From Trinickia sp. (lineage in GTDB: Bacteria; Pseudomonadota; Gammaproteobacteria; Burkholderiales; Burkholderiaceae): DNA of 64,000 nt. Where the stretch lies: the NCBI RefSeq assembly GCF_036503415.1, contig NZ_DASXWY010000180.1:5065-69064 (forward strand), given 5' to 3'. Position numbers and translations under genes: made by a program. This document shows, one piece after another, positions 1-8,815 of this stretch (positions within the stretch are counted from its first letter, which is position 1; each line of letters starts with the position of its first letter). The notes under the pieces are model-generated. The model did no database searches. It was not told the DNA's origin and worked only from the letters and a program-made list of their open reading frames with translations.

Positions 1-1
1 G

Positions 2-877
2 CAATCGCAGAGCGAGGGCTTGCGCTCGCCGCTCGACACGCTCGCTTATCAACATGCGCTGCTCGATATCATGCGCCAGCTCGAAGCCGTGCGCGATCAG
101 CTCGAGGAAGCCAAGCCGCGGCTCGCCTCGTTGATGAACATTGCGCCCGGCACTGATTTCACGCTCGCGCCGCCGGCGGATTTCACGGTGCCTAGCTTCG
201 AGATGCCGATGGACCGCATGGAAGAGACGGCGCTCGAGCGCCGGCCAGAACTCGTCGAAGCCGGCTACAACGAGCGCATCAGCATCAACGAGACGCATAA
301 GGCAATCGCCAAACTGTTGCCCGGCATCGAGGTGCAGTTGGGCGGCCATTACGACAGCAACAGCTTGCTCGCCTATCACGCATGGCGTGCGGCCGGTATC
401 AATGTGAGCTGGAATCTGCTGAATCTGCTCAACGCGAAGAACATCCGCGGCATGGCCCGTGCCCAGCGCGACGTCGCGCATGCGCAGCGGCTCGCGCTGT
501 CGATGGCCGTGCTCACGCAAGTTCACGTCGCGAACGCCGAGCTCGGCGCCAAGCAGCGACAGTTCGATTTGTACAAGCAGCTCAACGACGTGGATGGCCA
601 GATCCTGCAGCACACGCACAACGCGACGGTGGCGAATGCGCAAGGCAAGCTCGAGGAGATTCGCGCGGCCACTTCGGCCATGATCTCGGAGCTGCGCCTC
701 TATCAAAGCTACGGCGAGCTCGAAAGCGCCTATGGCCAACTGCTTGCGACGCTCGGACTCGACCCGGTTCCGGCCGACACGCGCAATGGCGATCTGAAAT
801 CGATCGAGCAATCGCTCGACAAGGAGCAAGCGCGATGGGCCGAGTTCGGCCACGCGAACGGAGTTACGGCGCAATGA
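2..877 (+). CDS. TolC-family outer membrane efflux protein (5' truncated by window edge)
   Basis: Frame open from base 2. Outer-membrane-factor repeats (ALERRPELVEA; AQRLALSMAVLTQVHVA; ELRLYQSYGELESAYGQLLATLG). Stop overlaps the next ATG (ATGA at 874-877). Confidence 0.85.
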   Translation, partial: QSQSEGLRSPLDTLAYQHALLDIMRQLEAVRDQLEEAKPRLASLMNIAPGTDFTLAPPADFTVPSFEMPMDRMEETALERRPELVEAGYNERISINETHKAIAKLLPGIEVQLGGHYDSNSLLAYHAWRAAGINVSWNLLNLLNAKNIRGMARAQRDVAHAQRLALSMAVLTQVHVANAELGAKQRQFDLYKQLNDVDGQILQHTHNATVANAQGKLEEIRAATSAMISELRLYQSYGELESAYGQLLATLGLDPVPADTRNGDLKSIEQSLDKEQARWAEFGHANGVTAQ

Positions 878-1683
878 AGCGATGGGGCAGGGCAGGGCTT
901 GGCGGTGCGGTATTGATGATGGCGGTTCAGGGTGGTTGGGCTGCAGGGGTGCAATCGGGGACCCCGGCCCCGGCGGCGTCGGGATCCTCGGGTGTGCCCG
1001 TCGCGCATGCCGAGGACGACGGACGCATCCGTATTCAGCTCGTTGCGCGCGACGAGGTCGAAGTGTCGAGCGAAATCAGCGCGAAGATCGCCTCGATGCC
1101 GTTTCGCGATGGCGATGCGTTCCGCGTGGGCCAGACGCTCGTGTCGCTCGATTGCTCGCTGTACGCGGCTCAACTGCACAAGGCGCAAGCCGAGTCCGAC
1201 GCCGCCGTGGAGTTGAAGCGCGTCAACGATCGGCTGTCGCAGCTCCATTCGATCGGCCAGATCGACGTCGAGCAAGCCGCGGCAAAGGCGAAAGCGAGCG
1301 CGGCCGAGGTGGCCTACATGCAGGCGACGGTGCGCAAGTGCGCCATTGCGGCGCCGTTCGACGGGCGCGTCGTCAAGCGCAGCGCTTCGGCGCAGCAGTT
1401 TGCGCAGCCCGGCAAAGCACTGATGACGATCGTCGACACGAGCCACCTGGAGCTCAAGATGATCGTCCCGTCGAAATGGCTCGCCTGGCTCAAGCCGGGC
1501 CATCCGCTGACGGTCAAGGTCGATGAGGTCGGCAAGGTGTATCCGGCCACGGTCGCTCGCATCGGCGCGCGCGTCGATCCCGTCACGCAGACCATCGATG
1601 TGACGGCCGCATTGTCCGGGCACGCATCCGAGCTCCTGCCCGGTATGAGCGGGTGGGCGAGCTTCGCCGGCGCGAGCCGCTAG
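874..1683 (+). CDS. Periplasmic adaptor / membrane fusion protein (HlyD/RND type)
   Basis: Signal-like N-terminus; lipoyl halves (EISAKIASMPFRDGDAFRVGQTLVSLDC; CAIAAPFDGRVV); beta-barrel with RIGARVDPVTQT. Start placed at the ATGA overlap, not the track start at 382. Confidence 0.85.
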   Translation: MKRWGRAGLGGAVLMMAVQGGWAAGVQSGTPAPAASGSSGVPVAHAEDDGRIRIQLVARDEVEVSSEISAKIASMPFRDGDAFRVGQTLVSLDCSLYAAQLHKAQAESDAAVELKRVNDRLSQLHSIGQIDVEQAAAKAKASAAEVAYMQATVRKCAIAAPFDGRVVKRSASAQQFAQPGKALMTIVDTSHLELKMIVPSKWLAWLKPGHPLTVKVDEVGKVYPATVARIGARVDPVTQTIDVTAALSGHASELLPGMSGWASFAGASR

Positions 1684-1688
1684 CCGTC

Positions 1689-3113
1689 ATGAACGCCCCC
1701 TTGCGGATCCAGGCGGACGCGCTCGCGCTGCTATGGCAGTTGTCAGCACGCGCCCGGCAAGCACCGAGCGAGGAGACGCTCGGCTTCGTCATCGTCAATG
1801 AGTCCCTTTCGCTCGTCCCTTATCGTCAAGCGGCGTGGTGGCGGGCGCCGGCGCCGCTTCCGGGTGCGGTCGCAGCGGTCTCGGGGCTGCCGCAGAGCGA
1901 TCCCGGCGCACCCTATGTGCAATGGCTCGGCCAAGTGTGTCGCGAGCTTGAAAAACGTCATTCGACGCAAGCGGACGCGTCATCGGCATCGCAGCAGGCG
2001 GACGCGCGCGAGGGGGCGGGTGCCGGCGATCAGCCGGCCCTCGATTGGCCCTATGCCTTTGTTGCGGACAGCCTGCCGGAGCCGCTCGCTGCCGAATGGG
2101 ACGCCTGGTGGCCGGCACATGCTCTATGGGTGCCGCTTTTCGATCGCACCGGCCGCTCGCTCGGCGGTGTCCTCTTTGCGCGCGACGAGCCGTGGACGCA
2201 GCTCGACGAAGCGCTGCTAGCCGAGCTCGCGCGCGTTTGGTCGCACGCCCTCGCGGCATTTTCGCCACGCGCTTCCTGGCTGCAGCGCACGAAACTCGCC
2301 CTGCGCGCCGGCAAACATCGACGCCGGCTGTTTGCAGCCGTCGCCGTTGCGCTCGTCATACCCGTGCCGCTGACGGTGCTCGCGCCGGCCGAAGTCACGC
2401 CGAAGGATCCGTTCGTCGTGCGCGCGCCGCTCGACGGCGTCATCGACAAGCTCTTCGCGCAGCCGAATCAGCGCGTCGAGGCGGGCGCGCCGCTCTTCGC
2501 ACTCGACTCGACGACACTCGCTTCGCGCTATGCGCTTGCAAACAAAAACTACGCCACAGCGCAGGAGGAATACCGGCAGACCGCGCAACTGGCCGTCACC
2601 GACGATAAAGACCGGCTCGACATGGCGTTGCGCAAAGGCAAACTCGATCAGAGCGCGGTCGAACTCGACTATACGGCGCGCGAGCTCGCGCGCGTGCGCG
2701 TGAATGCGCCACGCGGCGGCGTCGCGGTGTTCTCCGATCCGAACGATTGGAACGGCAAGGCGGTATCGATCGGGGAGAAGGTGATGCTGCTCGCCGATCC
2801 GGTCCATGTTGAGTTGACCGCCTATGTGCCCGTTGCCGACAACGTCGATGTCGTACCTGGCGCGACCGTCACGCTTTATCCGAAGAGCTCGCCGCTCGCG
2901 TCCTACGATGCCCGCATCGATACGGTGGCGTATCGCGCCGAGCCGACACCCGACGGCGTGGTCGCCTACCGTGTGAAGGCAACGTTCGTCGATGCTGCCA
3001 AGCCGCCGCTCGGCACGATGGGTACCGCGCGCATTCATGGTCGATGGGTGCCGCTCGCCTACTATCTGCTGCGCCGCCCGCTCGCATCGGCCCGGCAGTG
3101 GTTCGGCTGGTAG
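1689..3113 (+). CDS. GAF-like domain + TM + HlyD-family adaptor protein
   Basis: N-terminal GAF-like region (ALWVPLFDRTGRSLGGVLFARDEPW), one TM (LFAAVAVALVIPVPL), adaptor motifs VVRAPLDGVIDKLFAQPNQRVEAGAPLF and VNAPRGGVAV. Confidence 0.8.
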   Translation: MNAPLRIQADALALLWQLSARARQAPSEETLGFVIVNESLSLVPYRQAAWWRAPAPLPGAVAAVSGLPQSDPGAPYVQWLGQVCRELEKRHSTQADASSASQQADAREGAGAGDQPALDWPYAFVADSLPEPLAAEWDAWWPAHALWVPLFDRTGRSLGGVLFARDEPWTQLDEALLAELARVWSHALAAFSPRASWLQRTKLALRAGKHRRRLFAAVAVALVIPVPLTVLAPAEVTPKDPFVVRAPLDGVIDKLFAQPNQRVEAGAPLFALDSTTLASRYALANKNYATAQEEYRQTAQLAVTDDKDRLDMALRKGKLDQSAVELDYTARELARVRVNAPRGGVAVFSDPNDWNGKAVSIGEKVMLLADPVHVELTAYVPVADNVDVVPGATVTLYPKSSPLASYDARIDTVAYRAEPTPDGVVAYRVKATFVDAAKPPLGTMGTARIHGRWVPLAYYLLRRPLASARQWFGW

Positions 3114-3153
3114 GTCGGTCCATGACCACGCCTTGTGAAATGACGTAGCTTCG

Positions 3154-5265
3154 ATGCCCCGCCTTCCATCCCTTCGCCAAGAACTGAGTCTCACGCCCGG
3201 CGCCGCGACGCCGGACGGCGCCCCGACGTGGATGCTCCACGATCCGGCGGCGAATCGTTTCTTCCAGATCGGGTGGCCCGCGTTCGAGATGCTCTCGCGC
3301 TGGCCGCTCGACGATGCAAGGGCGATCGTCGCTTCGGTCAACGCCGAGACGACGTTGAACCTGACGATGGAGGACTTCGAGTCGCTCGTACGGACGCTGC
3401 TTCATCAGAATCTGCTCGTCGCGACGAGCGCGGCCGACACGGGACGGCTCGCGAGCGCAGCCGCGGCGGGCAAGCTGTCGCACGCCATGTGGCTGCTCAA
3501 GCATTATTTGATGGTTCGCGTGCCACTGTGGCGGCCGATGCCTTTTCTGCGGCGCTTCGCGCGTTACGCCGAACTCGCCTACCGCCCCGCGTTCTGGATC
3601 GGCGTCGCGGTTGCGGCGCTGATCGGGCTCGTGCTCGTGTCGCGACGCTGGGACGAATTCGTCCACACCTTCCACGGCTACGCCGATCTACGCGGGCTTG
3701 CCGCGATCGCTCTCGCACTGGGCTGTGCCAAGGTGCTGCACGAGTTCGGCCATGCGTTCACGGCGCATCGCTACGGTTGCCGCGTGCCGACGATGGGCGT
3801 CGCGCTGCTCGTCATGGTGCCAGTGCTCTATACCGATACCACCGAAGCCTGGAAGGTGCCGGGGCGCGCCGAACGCTTGCGCATTGGTGCTGCCGGGATG
3901 GTGACCGAGCTTGCATTGGCCGCATTCGCCACGCTGGCCTGGAGCCTGTTGCCCGATGGCCCGTTGCGCGCGGGCGCATTCCTGCTCGCAACGACGACCT
4001 GGATCGGCACGTTGACGATCAACGCGAGCCCGTTCATGCGCTTCGACGGCTATTTTCTGCTGTCCGATTGGCTCGACATGCCGAATCTGCACGATCGCGC
4101 GTTTGCGTTCGGCCGCTGGTGGATGCGCGAGCAGCTGTTCGGTTTTGGCGATCCCCAGCCCGAGCCGTGCGCAGCACGCCGCAGACGCTTTTTGATCGCG
4201 TTCTCGTTCGCGACCTGGCTCTATCGGCTCGTCGTCTTCTTTTCGATTGCACTCATCGTCTATCACGCTTTTTTCAAGGCGCTGGGCTTGATCCTGTTTT
4301 GCGTCGAATTCGGCTGGTTCATCGCACGGCCGATCGTGCGCGAAGTCATCGCCTGCTGGCATCGCCGTTCGGCGCTGCGTTGGTGCCGGCAGACCCGGCG
4401 TAGCGCGGCCCTCGGCGCGATCCTGTTTGCGCTTGTCGTGCTGCCCTGGCACGGCGGTGTGGGCGCGCCGGCCGTGCTGGGGCCGCAGCGCGCGCAAGGC
4501 CTCTACGCTCCCGAGGCGGCTTACGCGAGCGGCGAGGCACCGATCGCCCGCGACGGTCAGCGCGTACATGCGGGTGACGTACTTGCCGTGCTGAGCTCGC
4601 CCGATCTGACGCATCGACTGCAAGCAGCACGAGCCGACGAAGCGTTGTTGCGCTGGCAGGTCGAGCAGCAGTCGTTCGATACGCGGCTACTCGAACAGGG
4701 TGTCGCGCTGCGGCGGCGCTGGGACGCTGCCCGCGAAACGGTGGCGGGGCTCTCGGCGCAAGTCGCGCAACTCACGCTGCGTGCGCCGTTCGAAGGTGTC
4801 GTGCAAACCGATGACGCGCTCGCGCCCGGTACCTGGCTGCCGCGCGGCGAGCATCTGTTCGACGTCGTCGGGCCGATGGGGGTGAAGGGCGAGGCGTTCG
4901 TCGGTGAAGACGATGCGGCGCGCATCGCGTCCGGCGAGCCGGTGACATTCGTTGCGTCGCTGCCCGAACGGGGTGCGCTGCACTGCCGCGTAACGGCCGT
5001 CGATCGCGTCAATCTTGCCGCGCTCGATGTGCCCTCGCTGGCAAGCGTGTACGGTGGGCCGCTGCCTGTGCAGTCGCAGCCGGGCACGCATCAGCTCGTG
5101 CCGCTCGCGGCCACCTATCGCGTACGGATCGGCGCGTGCCCCGGGAACGAGGCGTGGCCGCGCGAGATCGTCGGCACCGCGACGATCGGCGCGGCGCGTC
5201 AAAGTTTTGCGTGGCGAGCGTTGAAGTGGCTTGCGGCCGTATTTGTGCGCGAGGGTGGCGCTTGA
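3154..5265 (+). CDS. Site-2 (M50) membrane zinc metalloprotease fused to a HlyD-type adaptor, with an N-terminal PqqD/RRE-like domain
   Basis: HEFGH zinc motif; NASPFMRFDGY third-ligand motif; multiple TMs; C-terminal hairpin/lipoyl region (LRAPFEGVV); N-terminal WMLHDPAANRFFQIGWPAFEML resembles PqqD-like domains. Confidence 0.8.
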   Translation: MPRLPSLRQELSLTPGAATPDGAPTWMLHDPAANRFFQIGWPAFEMLSRWPLDDARAIVASVNAETTLNLTMEDFESLVRTLLHQNLLVATSAADTGRLASAAAAGKLSHAMWLLKHYLMVRVPLWRPMPFLRRFARYAELAYRPAFWIGVAVAALIGLVLVSRRWDEFVHTFHGYADLRGLAAIALALGCAKVLHEFGHAFTAHRYGCRVPTMGVALLVMVPVLYTDTTEAWKVPGRAERLRIGAAGMVTELALAAFATLAWSLLPDGPLRAGAFLLATTTWIGTLTINASPFMRFDGYFLLSDWLDMPNLHDRAFAFGRWWMREQLFGFGDPQPEPCAARRRRFLIAFSFATWLYRLVVFFSIALIVYHAFFKALGLILFCVEFGWFIARPIVREVIACWHRRSALRWCRQTRRSAALGAILFALVVLPWHGGVGAPAVLGPQRAQGLYAPEAAYASGEAPIARDGQRVHAGDVLAVLSSPDLTHRLQAARADEALLRWQVEQQSFDTRLLEQGVALRRRWDAARETVAGLSAQVAQLTLRAPFEGVVQTDDALAPGTWLPRGEHLFDVVGPMGVKGEAFVGEDDAARIASGEPVTFVASLPERGALHCRVTAVDRVNLAALDVPSLASVYGGPLPVQSQPGTHQLVPLAATYRVRIGACPGNEAWPREIVGTATIGAARQSFAWRALKWLAAVFVREGGA

Positions 5266-5325
5266 CGATGCGATCGCCTTCCGTGGCGACTATCGTGATG
5301 CCGAAGACGATCGCATGCTCGGCAG

Positions 5326-5703
5326 TTACTTCACCGAAAACGTATACCGCCCCTGTGTGCGATGCCCGTCCGCGGCAACGGCGACCCACACCACGGTGTA
5401 CTTGCCGGGCGCGAGTGTGCCGACCGAAACCGACATGTGCTTCGGGTTCGCCGCATCGACAGCCGACTTGCCGCTGACGACGGACTTGCCTTGTGCATTG
5501 GTCACATCGATCGAACTGAACGCCGGTTCGAGACGGTCGTCGAAATCGATGGCAACTTTGTTGATCGTCGCCGGGATAGTGGCGCCGGCGGCGGGCTCCT
5601 GACGAGTCGGCCTGGCGTGAGCGAACGCGAGCGAGGCGGCGGCAAGCGTCAGTGCGGCGGCGGCAATGTGCGCCGCGGAAACGATCGATAGATGCTTCTT
5701 CAT
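5326..5703 (-). CDS. copC: Periplasmic copper-binding protein CopC
   Basis: Signal peptide followed by N-terminal His (AFA-HARP); C-terminal YTVVWVAVAADGHRTQGRYTFSV motif. Confidence 0.9.
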   Translation of the reverse strand: MKKHLSIVSAAHIAAAALTLAAASLAFAHARPTRQEPAAGATIPATINKVAIDFDDRLEPAFSSIDVTNAQGKSVVSGKSAVDAANPKHMSVSVGTLAPGKYTVVWVAVAADGHRTQGRYTFSVK

Positions 5704-5950
5704 ATCCTCAGTGACCTTTCAATGCAGTGCAAAGCGGGCGCGTGACTAGGGCTCCGATCGTAGCCGATCGGCCGTAGTGTCGCAAACGAGGCATGCCACA
5801 CCAACGGGGGCACGCGAAAATGCATGTGATAGCCTACACATCGTTCTCCTGCCATATCGGACGTCGCTCGCGTTGCTCACGTTGCTCGCGTCGCGCACAT
5901 TGCGCACGCTGGCCGTTGCCGTTGCGATGAAAAGACAAAAAGAGGAACAC

Positions 5951-8815
5951 ATGCGCTGGATCTTTGGGGTGGTGGGCCTGGTGATCGGCTCGGCGATGGC
6001 GCGGCTTCTCGGTGCCTCCGATGTGAGCGGGGCGATAGTGGGAGCGCTGGCCGGCTTCATGTTCGGCGTGTGGCTCCGCCGGGCATCGCCGGCTCAAACA
6101 ACCGCTGACGCGGGCGCGGAAAAGGCTTTCGACGGTTCGACGACGCTCGCTGCGCGCGTCGAGCAGCTCGAACGCCAGGTCGCCGCATTGACGCAGGAAC
6201 TCGCGCGGCTGCATTCGCCCGAGGCGCAACCCCCTCAGGTGTCTCCCATCGCGCAGCCGCTCCCCGGCGACGCTGTCGCCGCGCAGACGACAGTAGCGCC
6301 TGTCGGGCCCTCCGATTCCGGCACGCCGCCGGCCTCCCGTGACGACGCAAGCGAAGTTCAGCCCGGAACCGCGGCGATGTCCGTGCCCATGCCCGGCGAG
6401 CGCAACGAGCAGACCGTTCCGACCGCACCGATCGCACCGATCGCACCGACGATCTTCGAGCGTGCGGTGCGAGCGGCGCGCGATTGGCTCGTCGGCGGTA
6501 ACACGGTAGTGCGGGTGGGCATCATCGTCCTCTTTTTCGGCGTGGCGTTCCTGCTCAAATATGCGGCCGACAACGCGATGCTGCCAGTTGAGTTCCGCCT
6601 CGCGGGTGTCGCGCTCGGCGCCGTCGTGCTGCTCGTACTGGGCTGGCGTATCGGCCCGCGGCGCGGTGCTTATGGCCTCGTACTGCAAGGCGGCGGTATC
6701 GGTGTGCTGTACCTGACGGTGTTTGCGGCGACCAAGCTGTACGGGCTGCTGCCCGCCAGTGCGGCGTTCCCATTGATGGTCGTCATTTGTGCCCTGGGTG
6801 TGTTTCTGGCGGTACGCCAGGACGCGCCCGCGCTTGCGTTTCTCGCGAGTGCGGGCGGCTTCCTGGCGCCGGTGCTGATTTCGACAGGTGGCGGCAGTCA
6901 CGTCGTTCTGTTCAGTTATTACGCACTGCTCGATGCCGGCATCTTCGCCATCGCCTGGTTCAAGGCCTGGCGTCCACTCAATTTACTCGGCTTTACGTTC
7001 ACTTTCGCCATCGGCACAGCCTGGGGAGTGACGTCGTACCGGCCTGAATTGCTCGCGAGCACCGAGCCGTTTCTGATCCTCTTCTTTCTGATGTACGTCG
7101 GCATCGCACTGCTTTATGCGATGCGCCGCGAACTCGCGATCCAGCATTACGTCGACGGCACGCTCGTATTCGGCACCCCCATCGTCGCGCTCGGTTTGCA
7201 GGCTGCGCTGATGAGGCACATTCCATTCGGCCTTGCCTGGAGCGCGGTGGCACTGGGCGCTTTCTACCTGAGCGTAGCCGCGTGGCTCGCGCGTCGGCGC
7301 GAGCGATTGGCGTTGCTGTTTCAGTCCGCGGCGGCCATTGGCGTCGTCTTCGCGACGCTCGCTATTCCACTCGCGTTCAGCGGACCGACGACGAGCGCGG
7401 CCTGGGCGGTCGAAGGCGCCGCCGTCACCTGGCTCGGCGTGCGTCAACGGCGCTACTTGCCGCTTGCTTTCGGGCTCCTCATGCAGCTCGCGGCAGCCGG
7501 CGCATTTTTCGTGAGTCAGCTTTTCGCGAGCGCACCCGCTACGCCGGTGCTGAACGGCGCCTATCTGGCGACATTGCTGATTGCAGCGGGCGGCGTTTTC
7601 ACCGGTTGGCAACTGCATGGGCGCGACGAAGGGCGCGCGTGGCGTCCGTGGACCGGGCAACTGGGCCTCGCGGCGGCGATCTGGGGGCTTCTCTGGTGGA
7701 TCGGCGGCGGAGCGGACGAGATCGCGGCCTACGCGCAAATGCATGCCGTCGGGGCGCCACAGCGTTTCGCTATCGATGCCTCGATACTCTTTGCCGTGCT
7801 GACAGCCTGGTTCGCGCATGCGCTTCGCCACGCGCTTGCATGGCCTGCGGCGCGATGGCCCGCACTGGCGCTCGCGCCGGTACTGGCGTGGCTTTCGCTC
7901 GCCGCGCTGGGCTTGAACGAGGCGCCGCTCACGGGTCTCGGGGCAATTGCGTGGCCGGCCGCATTCGTGTTCGGATATCTGCTGCTATGGCGCGAGCAAA
8001 GCGATGCGCCTGGCCGGACTGCGGATGCGCTGCATACGGTGATGTTCTGGGTGCTCTGCTGTGTGCTCGCCCAGCAAGCGTATTGGCGTTTGCGCACGTA
8101 CGTGCCCGAGGGTGCCTGGAGTTGGAGCGCGTGGGCATACGGCGTCGGCATGGCGGTTTTACTCGTGTCGACCGTCGGGACACGCTTGCGTTGGCCCATC
8201 GGGCGATTCGCGCGTGCCTATCAGCTGTGGGCGGCCGGGCCGCTTGCCGCACTGCTCTGGGTATGGACCCTCGCCAGTTTGCAAAGCGATGGCAGCGCGG
8301 CGCCGTTGCTGTGGCTGCCGCTACTCAATCCACTCGATGTCGCGCAGATGCTCGTGTTCGTTGCGATGGCGGCATGGCTGCGGCGCGCGTCGACATTCGG
8401 TTTTGCGTTACCGTCCCGCGTGTTCGCTTACGCGACACTGGCCACGGGATTTCTCTGGCTCAACGCGTTGCTGTTGCGCGCGCTTCATCATTGGATCGGT
8501 CTGCCGTACAGCCTCGGCGAAATGGCGCGCTCCACGTTGGCGCAAGCCTGCGTCTCGATCCTCTGGGCGGTGAGCGCGCTTGCCATGACCATCTGGGCCA
8601 CGCACAAGGGCGCACGCGCGGTCTGGTTCGTAGCGGCCGGCCTGCTCGCCTTGACCGTCTTGAAGCTGTTCGTGTTCGACTTGTCGCACATTCAGGGGCT
8701 CGAGCGCATCGTGTCGTTCATCGGGATCGGCGTGATGCTGCTGTTGATCGGCTACTTTTCGCCGCTGCCGCCGAAAGTTTCGGAGCACGAAACAACGGGA
8801 GGGAACCTCACCTGA
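5951..8815 (+). CDS. Large polytopic membrane protein, DUF2339 family
   Basis: WLVGGNTVVRVGIIVLFFGVAFLLKYA and C-terminal KLFVFDLSHIQGLERIVSFIGIGVMLLLIGYFSP signatures; AGAGGA RBS before ATG 5951. Confidence 0.85.
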   Translation: MRWIFGVVGLVIGSAMARLLGASDVSGAIVGALAGFMFGVWLRRASPAQTTADAGAEKAFDGSTTLAARVEQLERQVAALTQELARLHSPEAQPPQVSPIAQPLPGDAVAAQTTVAPVGPSDSGTPPASRDDASEVQPGTAAMSVPMPGERNEQTVPTAPIAPIAPTIFERAVRAARDWLVGGNTVVRVGIIVLFFGVAFLLKYAADNAMLPVEFRLAGVALGAVVLLVLGWRIGPRRGAYGLVLQGGGIGVLYLTVFAATKLYGLLPASAAFPLMVVICALGVFLAVRQDAPALAFLASAGGFLAPVLISTGGGSHVVLFSYYALLDAGIFAIAWFKAWRPLNLLGFTFTFAIGTAWGVTSYRPELLASTEPFLILFFLMYVGIALLYAMRRELAIQHYVDGTLVFGTPIVALGLQAALMRHIPFGLAWSAVALGAFYLSVAAWLARRRERLALLFQSAAAIGVVFATLAIPLAFSGPTTSAAWAVEGAAVTWLGVRQRRYLPLAFGLLMQLAAAGAFFVSQLFASAPATPVLNGAYLATLLIAAGGVFTGWQLHGRDEGRAWRPWTGQLGLAAAIWGLLWWIGGGADEIAAYAQMHAVGAPQRFAIDASILFAVLTAWFAHALRHALAWPAARWPALALAPVLAWLSLAALGLNEAPLTGLGAIAWPAAFVFGYLLLWREQSDAPGRTADALHTVMFWVLCCVLAQQAYWRLRTYVPEGAWSWSAWAYGVGMAVLLVSTVGTRLRWPIGRFARAYQLWAAGPLAALLWVWTLASLQSDGSAAPLLWLPLLNPLDVAQMLVFVAMAAWLRRASTFGFALPSRVFAYATLATGFLWLNALLLRALHHWIGLPYSLGEMARSTLAQACVSILWAVSALAMTIWATHKGARAVWFVAAGLLALTVLKLFVFDLSHIQGLERIVSFIGIGVMLLLIGYFSPLPPKVSEHETTGGNLT

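Noticed and set aside
2-5265. RiPP/bacteriocin cluster call for the M50 export operon
   Set aside because: No precursor peptide or modifying enzyme is visible in the window; the cargo is unknown.
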